The notes below the pieces were generated by a model that was not told the DNA's origin, did no database searches, and saw nothing but the letters and a program-made list of their open reading frames with translations. Position numbers and translations under genes: made by a program. A stretch of DNA of 64,000 nucleotides from assembly GCA_013265495.1 (NCBI GenBank), contig MU058441.1, forward strand, positions 1 through 64,000. The letters are read 5' to 3'. The DNA is from Vicugna vicugna. Taxonomy: Eukaryota. Below, piece after piece: positions 1 to 45,265 of the stretch; position 1 is the first letter of the stretch; the number at the start of each line of letters is the position of its first letter.

Positions 1-584
1 AAAAAAAAAAGGACTGTCATTAATCGCTGAGGTTCTAAATGAGCTGTGTTTTTCCCTTTTCCTCCTTTTGTTCTCCCTGGGAAAACTCTGGTGGGAGGTC
101 AGCCCCACAGTCTGCTGGCTTCCCTCCAACTGTTCCATCCAGCTGGGGTAATGGGCACCTCCAGCAGTTCTGATTCAAATACACAGCCCAGGTGCATAAG
201 GCAAAAACTAAGGATGGGTGAAATTACCCTTGAAACCCTCCAGGAAGGGGTGGGGAGCCAGATGTCATTGCCTGCCGCTGGTTCCAGCTTGCTGGCTTTC
301 CTGCCAGGCTTGGGGCAGTCTTGGTTTGTCCAGTGGAGCCCACACCCAAGGCCATCTTTGCACACTGAACTCCTGAGAGACTCAGGCCCAGCAGACTCAT
401 GGCTCTGTCTTGCTCACCCATTGAGTGGAAAGGCAAGTGAAGTGACCCACACCTTGGCTTAAATTACTCATGATTCATGTACTGGGCTGGGTTAAAGTCT
501 TTGCTACCTGGAGTGAAGTGAGGGTTCTGTTAACAAAAAGGGGGCAACTTTGTTGGGTAGCCTGCTAACAATGCATGTATTTTC

Positions 585-750
585 TCAGTTAAACTCACAA
601 CAGTCCATTGAGGAGGGCCTTGTTATTATTTCCATTTTACAGATGATGAAACTGAGACTAATTTAGTAACTTGCCCAAGATCACATAACTAGTAACTAGT
701 AGCATTTTAGTCCCAGGTCTGTCTTCTGAGAGCACACTCTTAACTACCAT
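585..750. mobile_element. MIR SINE
   Basis: Core ccattttacagatgatgaaactgag...agtaacttgcccaagatcaca. Confidence 0.75.
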
Positions 751-3539
751 CTACCAACTACCTGCTTGGGTATATTCCAGCCTGGCCATGACCCTCTTGA
801 GGGAAGGGACCACATTTTCCTCATCTTTGAATGCTGGCAGCATCTTGCAATTGACGAAGCCCAGTTGGATTGATTTAAACACAAAATCATTTGGTTTTGA
901 TACTTGCTGCTTTGTAATGTGTTTTATAACCAAGAGAGTAAAACTTGCCAACACTACCTTTAAAAAAAATACACCTATCTCTTTTTTTGTATTGTTTTCC
1001 ACTTGCCCATGCTGGGTTCCTGAAGTCCTGGGAAGAATTCCAATGTAAATATCACCAATGATGGAAATCTGAGGGAAGGAGAGGAGGATGAAAGACTAAT
1101 TGAGGCCCCGAAGAGTGTCGGTTCCTCATTAACTGTGGAGCCATGGAAAATTCTTTGTTCCCGCCTGTTGGCCTCTTGCCTCCAGGATCTGGGTGGGTAT
1201 TGCCCTTGGCCAGCTTCCTGGTCAGGTCACAGACAGTTTGAACAGAGGAGGGGTGTCCTGGGGAATAGAAGCAGAACCAAGCTGGGTTGTTAGAAGTGGA
1301 TGCAAGAAAGAGAAGGGCCCTGAACGTCCATGGCCCAGTGGACCCACACTGGCCACTGCAGAAACACAAGCTCACTTAGAACTCAGAATGATCTGTGGGA
1401 TTAGGAGTATTATGTTGCCCATTTTACAGCTGGGGCTCAGAGAGGTGAATTCACTTGTCCCAGGCCACAAAGCAGAGCTAAGTTAAAAACTAAATCCTAG
1501 AGGCTTCTCAGGTGGGATTCTTTCCCTAGTCACGAGTGACTGCCATCTCAGGAACTTTGAAGAAGATTTTGATGGTACAACGGCGGCTCTGAGTCAGAGT
1601 CAGGAAACGAGTCCTGCACTGCTTGGGGACCCAGCACAAGCGGTATGGCACGGGGTTCAAAACCCTGTTCTTCTGTGTACCAGCTGTGTGGTTCTTACCT
1701 CATCACGCAGCTCTATAAAGCAGGGGCGTCCGGACCTGCTCTGAAGGCTGCCGGTAAAGATTAAATAGTGCACTCAGCCCCGCGCCTGGCTCTCGTTATT
1801 TTATACCCCCAGAGCAGGCCTTGCTGTGAGCTCCCATCCTTCCCTCCACCCCAGCAGCTGGCTTTGGGAATGCCCCACCCAAGAGGGCCTGGGCTGATTT
1901 GGGTACACAAATGAGGGGGGTATGATGCCAGGGAATTCAAGGCAAATGGAACCCAGCTTGCAAATTTGGCATTTTCATGGAGTGAGGTTGTTGGAGGGCA
2001 GGGGACGGAGCCCCTGCCCCCCCACCGCAGTCCAGAGGGCCAGCCCGAGCCCGGGGAGCACACCCAGCACACCCAGCCGCTCTGGGAGTGACCACACTCG
2101 CCGTCACAAGGATTCCCTTGGTCCTCTGGGCCTGGACTGGGTCTGCCGTAAGTCATGGCCTCGGGGAGGGAGACCAGAGAAGTAGAGGACGTGCCAAGGT
2201 CACCCGCGGGGCCACGGTGAAGGGACAGAGAGCCCCGCCCGTGCGTCTGCCCAGAAGCTGGCCACGACCCAGGCGTCAGGTGTCTTGGGCACCATGCCCG
2301 GCCTGCCACGCTGGGGATCTGGGTGCCTTTGCCAACTTCCCTGAACACTCTGGGCTCCTGGGCCCCACCTGGGGACCTGGAAGAGACCCAGAGCGCTGGG
2401 GTTGATCTGGCAAGAGGCAGCGCCTAGGCTCTGGGCCACAATGACAGGATATCCCCAGGGAGTTGGGCTGGCTGCCACGCAGGGAACACCGGGGTGGAGA
2501 CTGGCCCTGCTGATGAGAGGCCCAAGAGGGCACTGAGGAGGGAAAGTCAGGACAGCTGGGCCTTGAGAGCGAGGAACAGACCAGGACTGGCATGGAAACT
2601 GTGACCACAGGCAGTGAGGGGCCCACAAATAGAGACCTGAGTTTCTCCTCTGCCCCCAGCCTGGGCGCCGAGGGCAGGCCTGGGTCTCCTGCCACTTTGT
2701 CCTGACTTTGCTCCTGGGTGGGCCCTGTGAGTAAGTTCCTACTGGGGATCCTGTGAACTCCAGACACTGTTTTGTTCCACCCCCACAGCACAGAGACCCT
2801 GGGTCCAGAGGGGAGGGGGTCTCTCAGACCCCCACAGCCAGGGTCGTGCCCAGAAGGACCCAGCCTCCCTGGAGGACTTGACCAGCCCCAGGCCTGGGAG
2901 CACCCTCTGGGCAAGGCTGAACCAGCAGCCCATGCTCTTCGCACACAGGGGACAGGGTTGGTTCTCTGGGCTGAGGATTAAGGAAGATGAGACTCGCCCT
3001 CAGGTACCCCCAGGCCAAAGGCCTTTCTCCATATTAGGGAGCAAGTCTTGTCTCTCAAATTCCTTTTCAAGCTGTGCCTCAATCTTACAAGCCTATTCGT
3101 GTGACAATTTACGAGGCAAATAGGGATTTTGTTTTATCTTCTTACAACCCACTACCAGCCGATGCCCTGCAGGCAAACTGGCCAGGCATGGCCTGGAACC
3201 TGGAACGGAGCCCCCTCCCTGCCAGGCAGGGCTTCTTACCTCACCGGCCAAGGTGCTGATTGGCACAGCCCAACACTAGCTGAGGGACCATGCACTTGGG
3301 CCAGACATTGTGGCGGAAAAGGCTACGTAGAGCTGGGAGGGAACTCAACCCACTGTGTGACCCCCAGCAAATTCCAGCCGCTCTCTGGGCCTTAAACTCC
3401 TGTCCATACACAGTGAGGATGGCAGCCCTGGAATAGCCCATGGTGAGAGTGTCACAGCTCGTGGTGTGATTGCACCCATTCAGTCTGTCACTTTCCAGCA
3501 TCTGTACCCCACTGCCCTTTCTTCTCTATTGCATTGACT

Positions 3540-3965
3540 AGACACTTGTTCATTTAACCAGCATCTTTGAGGGTCTAGTAAGTGCCAGACCAGGAGCCAG
3601 GCATTGAGATGCAATGATGAGTGCTAGGGACACAGTTTCAGCCCCAGGAGATTCCCAGGCTGGAGGGCAGCTTTCTAATGAGCTTCACGCACTGCCCTGT
3701 AGACACCTGGAGATGACTCAGATGCAGCTCCTGTCCTGGAGGGACACACAGCCTGGAGGCTGCAGATGAAATTTCAGGTAAATAAGAAGGAGCACACAAA
3801 TGCTGGGCCACTCAGGAGGCACGAGGTCTCTGGCTCCCGAGGGGTCAAAGACGACTTCTTGGAGAAGGCAGCATTTGAACCTGGCTTTAAAGAGTGAGGA
3901 GGGTTTAGACAGGTTAAGGATGAGAAGAACTAGTTTCCCACTACAGGTAACAGCACGGGTGAAGG
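3540..3965. mobile_element. L2 LINE fragment
   Basis: catttaaccagcatctttgagggtct, gtgccag, ggagaaggcagcatttgaacctggcttt. Confidence 0.5.
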
Positions 3966-6900
3966 CAGGGAGGGAGACAGGGCAAAGGGGCCCAGGTAAG
4001 GCTGGCAGACTGAGCTGCTGTTAATTGGGGAGACCACGGGGAGCTGTGGAAGGTACTTGAGCAGGAGAGTAGCAGCATGGCTGCTTTGGAAGAGGAATCC
4101 CGTAGCAGCACCAAGAGGAGGCAGGCGTGGAAGAAGCAGGCACACCCTCATGTGATGCGCTTCCCCTCCCCGAGGTCCAGGGGGTGCCTCTGTCCATCAC
4201 CAGGAGGGAGAGGACAACTTCCTGTCCTTAGCCTGGCTGGGAAGATAGTGGGGCAAGGACAGGAAGTTGCCTTACGGAGCTGAGGAGTGAGCCGCCGGGC
4301 CCCAGGCCCCCACCCCCAGGCTCTCAGGGCAGCCCGCAGAGGTGGCTGCAGGGAAGGAGGCCAGGCCCTTGGGCCAGGTGTCTGGGCTGCAGGCCCCTGG
4401 GTGCCTGTACTCTCCCGCTGCTGACAAACCCTTGCTTTCCCAGGTCCCAGAAGTCCAGATGTGCTCCCTTCCCAGGAAGAGGCTCCGGAGTCTTCCTGCC
4501 TTAATTCAGTCAAACACCCTCCCTGACACCTCCTGGGGAATGAGGTGAGTCTGCCCTCAAGGGTGACTGAAGATGGGGGGTGGTGCAGGGCAGGCGGGGT
4601 GCTGGGAGCTTGATGGGGCCATGTGGGCTATGGGACCCTTCCTCAGGGATAAGCCGTGTCTTCAGGGCCTTAAGGACTAATAGAAATGAGTCCTAGAAGA
4701 TGGAAGGGTGTCCCTAGCAGAGGGAACAGAGTGAGCAAAGATCCAGAAACAAGAAACTTTTTATTGCCTACAGGAAACTAGACATGGCCCCAGTGCAGCC
4801 ACAGGAGGCAGGAGGATGAATGGGGGCTGAGGAAGTGCACACGCCTGAGGAGCAGGGTTGAGGGTGGGTGAGAGGATGGAGTCCCGAGCTAGAGCACGGG
4901 GAGAGGCTGGAGGTGCAGGGTGGGAGGGTGGCTCCAGGCCAGGGGGGGCCTTGGACCCAGGAGGACAGGGTGAGGGGTGCACCCTGGACTTGTACAGGGA
5001 TCCCCAAGCCCAAATGACCAAAATAAAAGAACTTGGGTTTAGGGGGAGGTAGCCAACAGGAGGGCCTCCCACTCTGTATAGCCAGCGGCCAGTCTTCCTG
5101 CCCTGCTCCAGGGGTCTGCCCAGGGGGGATCTTCCCAGGTGGGCTGGGTAGGGGCTGAGACCGTGGCCTTGGAATCTGTGCTCAGAGCAGTGTCTTAGGG
5201 AGCCTGGGACACCTGTCTGGCCCCTGCTGAGCCCAGGAAGAGGAAGCAAGGTTCCCAGCACTCCAGGGCTGTTTGCATTTTGAGTCAAACCCATTTACAA
5301 ACCAAAGTGGGGCAGCTGCAGGGCAACCCCAGCCTCCCATCTTTTCTAAGGACAGCTGCTGCTTCAGTCACTCCCACTGCCAGCACCCACTGGACAGACA
5401 GGGAGACAGAAGCCCAGAGACCAGCAGGCCCCTCCAAGGCCTCGGGGCCAAGCTGGCTTTGCACAGGCTGTTCCTTGGCCTGGAACACCTTTCTCTCCCC
5501 TGTGCCTTCAGATTTCAGCAGAAGCTCACCTCCTCCAAGAGATCTCCTCTGATCTCTCTGGGAGAAAGCCCCCTCCCTGCCGTATCCTCAAGGCACCACT
5601 GGCACCCGCAGCCCGTTTCTGTGTGGGGGTATTTGGGATTAATGACTTGCTCTCTTCTCGAATAGGAGTTCAGGGAGAACAAGGACCATCTCCCTGGGAC
5701 TTGTCACTGTGCCTGGTGCATGCTGGGTCCTTAAAAATATTTTGGAAGAAAGGAGGGAAGGAAGGAAGTGTGGAGGGAGTGGGGAGGGTGGAACCTAGTC
5801 CTCCTGCCTCCGACCCTCCCAAACTCTGGCCCGGGACCTGTCCCCTGAACTATTGCTCAAGACCCTTCCCCAGGTTCAGAGTGGAGCCCCTACTGGCCAG
5901 GCTGTCCTAAGGCCACTCCCTGGCCTCGGAGGGGACCCCGCCTGGCCTGACCTAACGGAGGCATCCCAGCAGCTGAATGCCAAGGAAGGCTATCAGCACA
6001 TGAGGGGCAGGACGCCTGGCCTGGGAGTTCCAGCTGAAGCTCCACCTTGGCCTTCCTGGCTCCATGTTCCTGTTTGAGTCTCAGCCTCTCCCCTGACCTC
6101 AGTTTCCTTGTACAGTGGGGAGATAGGCCTTGGTCTATAGGGCCCTGTTCAGAGCCAGTCAAAAGTGTGCAGGGAAGAGCATGAGCACTTGGGGTTGGGG
6201 TAGCAAGGAACTGAGTTTCGTAAGTGGGAAGAAACTTTAGGGAGAAGCGCTGGGAGAACAGTCCAGGCCGGGGGACCAACCTGGACAAAGGGCTGAAGCC
6301 AAAATGCGCAAGGACAGTTTGGAGAAATTTGAGAAGACTGGTTTGCTTGGATATGAGTAGGAGTCAACTGGTAAAGAAAGGGTTGTGATCGCGGGGTTGA
6401 AGGGCCGGGAATGGGGAGCGAAGGAAACTTCTTGAACAGAAGGATGAAGTAATGAAAGCAACAGCTCAGACAGGCAATCCTGACATACAGAGGTAAGTCT
6501 GGAGGCAGGGAGGCCAGGGAGGAGGCTGTTGGAAAAGTCCAGCTTGACTTTTGGAGCCTGAGCTTGGGCGGCAATAATTAGGTAGGGAGAGTGACACGGG
6601 CAGGAGAAACCCTTTTCCCCCTCCACCTGGAGTCCCCCAGCCCCCACACATTCCACTTGGCCCCAAACACACTCCTTGACTCCCCTCCCCACCTCAAGCT
6701 GCTTTCCCCCCACTTCAAGGGCTGAACCCTTCACCCACCCAGCTACTGAAGCCAGAAATGTGGGGGTTAACTGTCACCCCTCACTTTCTCCCACTCCTTA
6801 ATCAAATCCATTACCAGGTCCTGTTCATCACAGCCCACTCTGCCTAGGTCCAGACCTCCTCATTTTTCTTTAGAATAATGGTGGGGTCATTTCAGCTCTC

Positions 6901-9589
6901 CAGTTTTTTGCCCATACCAGCCTCCAGGCAAAAGCTATTCTAGAAGGCCCATGTGACCCTGTGTCTTCATTACTTAAAAAGCCAGGCCTTTAAATGGCAG
7001 TCAAGGTTCTAAGTGCCCTAGCCCCGACTCTCTGATCTACCCTCCTGATCCCTGTGCTCGTGCTCCTTATGATCCAGCCATGCTGAGGGATTTACGTCAC
7101 TCTCTCTGGCACAGGGCTGAGGTTTCCGAACTTCACCTCAGGTCACTTTTGCTGCCTGCAACAGCCTCTTCTTCATGTGTCCAGATCATTCCAGCAAAAA
7201 CCTCCCTTTCCCCCATGCTCCACCCTGGTCCCTCCTGCCAGAGTGCTGGTAAGTTCTGCCATCATCTGTTCTGTGGGGGATTTAGAAAGAGCTGGGACTG
7301 GGTGCCAGGCCTGGAGCTCTCAGTACCTGGCAGCTGGGAGGTGGGGAGGATAGACTTGCTCTTTGGACAGCATACCTGGGACCATGTCACCCCGGCCACC
7401 GGCTGTTTGTCTAGGTGCAGCTGGAGAGCATGACGGGGGGTACATGAGCAAGGGGCAGGTAGTTGGAGAGTGAAATGACTGTGTGTGATTCTGTGGGAGT
7501 TTGGAGGGATGACCAGAAGTCATCATGGTGGAGGTGGGGGCTGCAAACAGGTGGGCCTGCTGACAGGTGTGTGAACCTGCCAGGTGGGGGCCACGGTCAC
7601 CCACAGCTGTTGGCCCTGCCCGTGGTGGTTTGGAGGCAGGGTGGGGTGGGCTGGGCTGGGTTGGAGAAAGGGAGCGTGGGCTAGGCTGCCAGAGCAAACA
7701 GGGAGGCTTTCTGGCCCTACCTTCGAGCAAACACCAACAGCTGAGGGTGCAGTAGACTGGGAGAGGCTGAGGGTTGAGATCTCTGTGGCTAACAAAGGGG
7801 AGTCAGACCCCAGGATGTAAAAGTGGGGGAGGACGGAGAAGTTTCTAGCTACTTGAGTGCCTGGAGCTTCATGTCTCTGGGAGAAAAGTCTATAGTGGGG
7901 AGCTGTAGGGCTCTGCCCACCTAGCCCCGGCTAACACTTTTCTTGGCAACTTAGAGATATAGGTAGGGCTGTCTTTGTGGATTGTAGCTGTGGGGAACAA
8001 AGGGACAGGGTGGAAAGACAGGGAATACTGGACTTGAGATCTAAAATGTCACGCTGGAAGAAGCCACAGCCAGAAAACCAGCATTCCCCGGCTCCCCCAG
8101 CAGCAGGCTGAGACCTGGCTGAAGCCCCCGGAGTCAGTCTGGATGACCCGCCAAAAGCAGCGGAGGGCTGGACCGTCTCTCTCACTGAATGTCTCTCTAC
8201 TCAAGGAGGCACGGCGAAGGGGAGACAGAGGAGGAGAACCATGGCCCCATCCTGGGAGAGATGAGGAACTGGGGGGACCCTGGGTAGGGGCCAGCAGCTG
8301 GGGAACCAAGCTGGAAGCTGGGACTTTGTGTTGGGGGAGCGTGCGCAGTTGCAGTCTGGGAAGGCTTTCTGGTGGCAGAGGTACTGTAGGGTTTGGGGTT
8401 TGAACAGCTGGCTGAGTGGGCTCAATTCTGGAATCTATGACCTTCTGCCACCAAGGTGGATCCCAGAGCTCTGGGCAACAGAGGCCAGCTTGGTGGAGGT
8501 AAGACGAATAGTGGGATGAGACCCGCTGGGTCTCTCAGGCTGGAGGGGAGCAGACTGCGGTCTTTTGCTCCTCCTTTTGCTGGGATGAGTGGTTTCTGCC
8601 TTCCCACGCTTGCTTGCCGGACCTGCAGCCCCTCCTGCTGGCACCCTTGGACCAGTTGGAGCTCAGGGAGTGCTGGAGTAAGGGTACCTGGGTCCCTCCT
8701 TTGTCTTGGGCCAGGGTCACTCTCTCTGGGGGCCCCCGCCACAGGCCTCCACACACCTTCAGACTTCCCCAGGGAGCCCCACCCCACACCGCAGTTACGT
8801 TTCCTGCTGGGCTGAGGGTGTGAGTCTAAGGTAACAAGACTGGTTTCCTTTCTTATATACTGGTTCGTTGTTCGAGGTTCTGGTTGTAAGGAATAACTGC
8901 TCATCACTAGACTTTAGGAAAACAATAAGAAAGCATAAACATCAAAAGAAGAAATCATGAAGTTGTCTCCTCCGGGAGACTTGCTAATTCACAGGCTTTC
9001 GGGTTCCCTTTGGACCCAGGGTCACACTTCGCAGAATTCGAGTGAGGGGTAGGAAGCCCCTTAATGGACATCTCCATTTTGCAACCTCCCAGGACCTAAG
9101 TGGGCTCAAAAGAAGGCAGCTCAGAGACCCGTGCTCTGCAGCCCTCCCCAGCTCTCTGCCCTCGGCAGCTGAGTCCCCAGGCTCTGTGAACAGGGGCAGA
9201 CACCCCTCCGGACCACGCGCCCTCGGCTCCCCAACGTTCGGCGCGCTCCCCGTGGGCGGCCTCAGTTCCTCCTTCTGCAGAGGAGGCGGGTGGCTCAACC
9301 TCCGCACCCCGGGGCGCTGCGGGGGCGGGGCGGAGGGCTCCGAGGGCGGCCGGAAGGGGTGTGAGTGCGGGGGCGGGCCCCGCGCCGCCCCGCCCCGGGG
9401 AGGGAGCCTGGGGCGCAGCATCCTGGCGCGGGCCCCGGTTGCCGCCGCCACTGCCGTCGGGGAAGGACCCAGTGTGGTCATGGCCTCGTGCGGCGCCCTC
9501 CCGGGCCCGAGCCCCCCGCGCCCCGCGCAATAGGCCCGCGGAGAGGCGGCGCAGAAGGTGCCGACGGCGCAGACGGCCGGGCGGGCGGC

Positions 9590-41761
<32,172 letters not shown>

Positions 41762-43144
41762 GTGTCGGGAGCAGAGTGGAGTCTCCATGTACCTCAGAGT
41801 GACGGTGCCCAAGCATGCCCCCACCCCTGCCCCACCTCCACGCTCGCCCGCTTACTCACTGGGCCCGGCCACTGTCCGAAGGGCCATCCCCAGGCCCCCT
41901 CCCAGGGTCCCTGTCCCCACTCGCATCGCCTGGGAGCTCTGTGATTCATGTCTCTGGGGCTTTCCTGGAAAGTTCGTCCCTGAAGCTCTGGCCCAGGAGC
42001 TGCAGCCCGGGAGGGGCCTGCCCAGAAGCCCGAGCTGGCGGCAGAACCAGCGATGCGGAGCCCCCACCCCCAAAGCCACAGGCACATTCTGGAGCCTGCC
42101 ACCCTGTGCTCAGCAGCTGGACATTTACTTGCTGACCTGCCTTTCTGCACTGACGGAGGACTCCCGGGACCCGCTCAGACCTCTCTCTCGGTGCCTGGTC
42201 TGGGGCCTGGTCAACGGGGTGAGGAGGGGACATCTGGGCCCAGCTGTGCACAGCAAGGGCAGACAGCCCCCTCCACTCTGCCTCCACAAAGCCGGCTCCT
42301 GAGGGCTTGAGCCTGCTTCTGTTTATATGTGTGGGGCCTGTTTCTGTTTATATGTCAGAGAGAGGGACACAAGAATGGGGGGTGAGGGCTGAGCAAGGAC
42401 CCCCTCCCCTGGGAGCCAGCCAGCCTGCCTGCCTGAGCTCAGCGCACTCCCAGACCCAGGTTTCCCTGTCCAAGCAAACGAGATGTGCCAGCTCTGTGCT
42501 GTGATGCCCGCTCTGCCAAGCCGAGGACGGATTTGCCTCCGTGTCCCTGGCACCTGAGCCCCGAGACGTCCTTGGGACCCTGAACACTGTGCCCTACAGC
42601 CCACCCGGTGCACTGCCATCTCGAGGTCTGCACAGCTGGGTGGTTCTGGGTCCTCTGGACTCTTGGCCTTGCTCTTTGCCCCTCGCCCCACTCATCCATG
42701 AGCTGAAAGGGTGTCACTAAGCATGGTTAGTTACCCAGGGCACTTCCTCTCCCTCCCTCCTTGCTGGAGGAACGCATGTGCTTGTGGATCATGTCCATTG
42801 ATAGGAAAAGAGCCTGGAGGGACAGAAATGTTGTCTTAACTCAGCTTTTCCCCTTTGGCAAAAATTAGCTAGGCGCAGAAGAAGGCAGTGAGGAAATGGC
42901 TGCATCCTCGCCCCTCCTGGAGAGCATACAGTGGTGGTTTTATATGTAAATCAAGACTCACATCCCTGCCCTGGCCCCCAGAATCAAGAGCCCCCTCAGC
43001 CTGCCTTACAGACAGATGGGCTCCCCGTTCTGTGGGGCTCACCCGCTGCCCCCAGAGATTCTCCTTGTCTTTCCTGCTGGGGGCAGGGGGATCTGAGGAG
43101 GGCAGGGCCCTGTACCCACCTGCGGACATGCTGTTGGGCAGAGA

Positions 43145-43150
43145 AATAAA
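43145..43150 (+). terminator. Probable ATP2A3 polyadenylation signal AATAAA
   Basis: First AATAAA I found after the stop, about 1.4 kb downstream, followed by GT-rich sequence. Confidence 0.65.
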
Positions 43151-43907
43151 GGTTGAGTGTCTAGGGCAACGAGGGCCATCAGAGTCTGTTTCCTGGAGAG
43201 CTGTTCCCTTCTGCCCCACCACCTCATGTCTACCTGGGTGCTCCCACCACCTGTGCAACCCCCACCCCACCCCCGCCACTGCAGGAGCTGTGAGCAAAGC
43301 TCTGGGGCTCCCACGCCGCCAGCCAGCTGGGGGTCCTGTCCTCTGACCAGGCCCCAGGGAGGCACTGACATCCGGAGCCACACCCCGGTAGCAGAGGCGG
43401 GACTGCCTTCTCGCGTGCACAGCACTTGGCAGTTTGTTCACGTGGTCAAAGCCCTTTACACACATAATGATTCCAGGAAAACAGAGGCTGGGAGGGGTCT
43501 GTGACTAGGTGCCCCTGGAACCTGGAGGGGCCCCAGCCCTGGCTGTTTCATGGGTACCGCACCTCTCCAAGGTTTTCCTCTTGCTCTGTTTTCCTCTCCT
43601 CCCTGGATCCCAGGATACCTTCCACCTCGTCCTCCATCCTTTGGGGCCCAGCTGGAATGCACCTCCCTGAGGCTTCCCTCAACTCACACTGTCCTGGGGC
43701 CTTGGGGCCTCGTGAGGCTGCTTGACATTAACTCCTGACTTGCCCACGTGGCCCTGCCCTCCGGGAGTGGGGGCTCTGGGAAGGGAAGAGCCTGGTCCCC
43801 CTACCTCCTTCGTTTCCTCTTCTGAAGGGAGACTTACAGAAGTTCTGTATCTCTTCTACACAGCTGCCCTGGGAAGGGGATGCGGGCCCTGCCCGTGCGG
43901 CCAGAGG

Positions 43908-44080
43908 CAGGACCACCTATATATTTGAGGGGTTCAGTGCAGAATGAAAATGTGGAGCTTCTCGTTCAAAAATTAAGCATTTCTTAATGGTGGCAGCCGA
44001 GTAATAAACCAAGTGTGGAGCCCTTCTGAGCACAGGGCCCAGGGCAATGCGTAGATGGACTGTCTAGGAAGCCAGCCATG
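43908..44080. mobile_element. MER45A-like remnant
   Basis: cagtgcagaatgaaaatgtgg, gttcaaaaatta, taaaccaagtgtggagcccttctgagcacagggccc. Confidence 0.65.
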
Positions 44081-44774
44081 ACTGGAGGAGACAGGACCTG
44101 CTCTTAGGAGCTCCCAGGTTTTATTTGGGAGAGAGGATTTGACCCACAGCTTGCAGTGGGAGCCAGGGATGGGCAGACGGATTCCCCCAGTACAAGATCC
44201 ACCTACACCATTTCTCAGGTCACAAAGCCTTTTCCCACACCTCGTGCCAGGGTCCTCAACCAGCTCTGTGAGATGGACCAGGCAGAGGGTAGGGCTCTGC
44301 TTTACTGATGAAGAGCCAGAGGCCCTCCGAGAGCCTGAGCATCTAGGTTGCCCTCATCCTGACGGACAGGCAGCGTGAGGCGCTGAGATGGGCCTGGGGG
44401 GTTCCCGCGGGGGCAGGCGGGCTCCAGCGCCCCCGGCAGCCTCTGGGGCTTGTGGCCAGGCCTGCTTTGCCTCCACCCCCACCCAGGCCTGCCCAAGCCC
44501 GGCCTTGTCCTGCTCGCAGCACGGAGCCCGACAGGCCAGGATGGGGCGGCCAAGGTAAACAGAGGTTTCCTACCTCACGGCCGCTGGCCCAGGAGGGAAT
44601 TCCGGGGAAAGCCCCGGCACACTTATCACTGGCTCGGGGATGACAGTGTAGCCTCCCCCTGCCCCTTCCAGAGGCCTGGATTTGTGCTCTTATCCCCGCC
44701 ACACACTGCATCCCTCACAGGGGTGAGAGTGACCCCTCCTTGGGGCCGCGTTGGGAGAAATGGAAGGGCGAAAA

Positions 44775-45265
44775 TAGAAAATGACTTACGTCCACATGAA
44801 GACCTGAACCCGAGTGTCCATAGCAGCTTTAGTCATTATAGCCCCAAACCGAAAACAACCCAAGTGCCCATCAGCAGGGGAAGGATAAACAAACCGTGGT
44901 ATGTCCGTACAGCAGAACATTCCTCAGCAATAAAAAGGAGCATCCTCATATGTGCCACAGAATGCACGACGCTTAAACCCCTGGTGCTGCGTAAAGGAAG
45001 CCAGAATCGAAAAGAGCCCCTACTGAGCTATTCTACCTCCATTAAGTTCTGTAGCAACAGAGCAGATCCGTGATTGCCAGGGCTGGGGGTTGGAAAAGAT
45101 TGACAGCAGAAGGGCTGGGAGGGAACATTCTAGGGTGATGGATTGGGTGGGGGAGGGTAGTTGCATGCATTTGTCAAAACTCATCAAACTGTATGCCTAA
45201 AATGGGTACATTTTATTGCATGTAAATTATACCTTAGTGCAGTTTGATTTAGAAGAAAAGAGAAA
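44775..45265 (+). mobile_element. Old L1M-type LINE 3' fragment
   Basis: aaacaacccaagtgcccatca, ataaacaaaccgtggtat, gcatttgtcaaaactcatcaaactgta, ttttattgcatgtaaattatacct. Confidence 0.72.

Noticed and set aside
1..9000. Exons of an upstream neighbouring gene
   Set aside because: No ORF with recognisable protein similarity. The A-run at 1-10 is cut by the window edge and cannot be interpreted.
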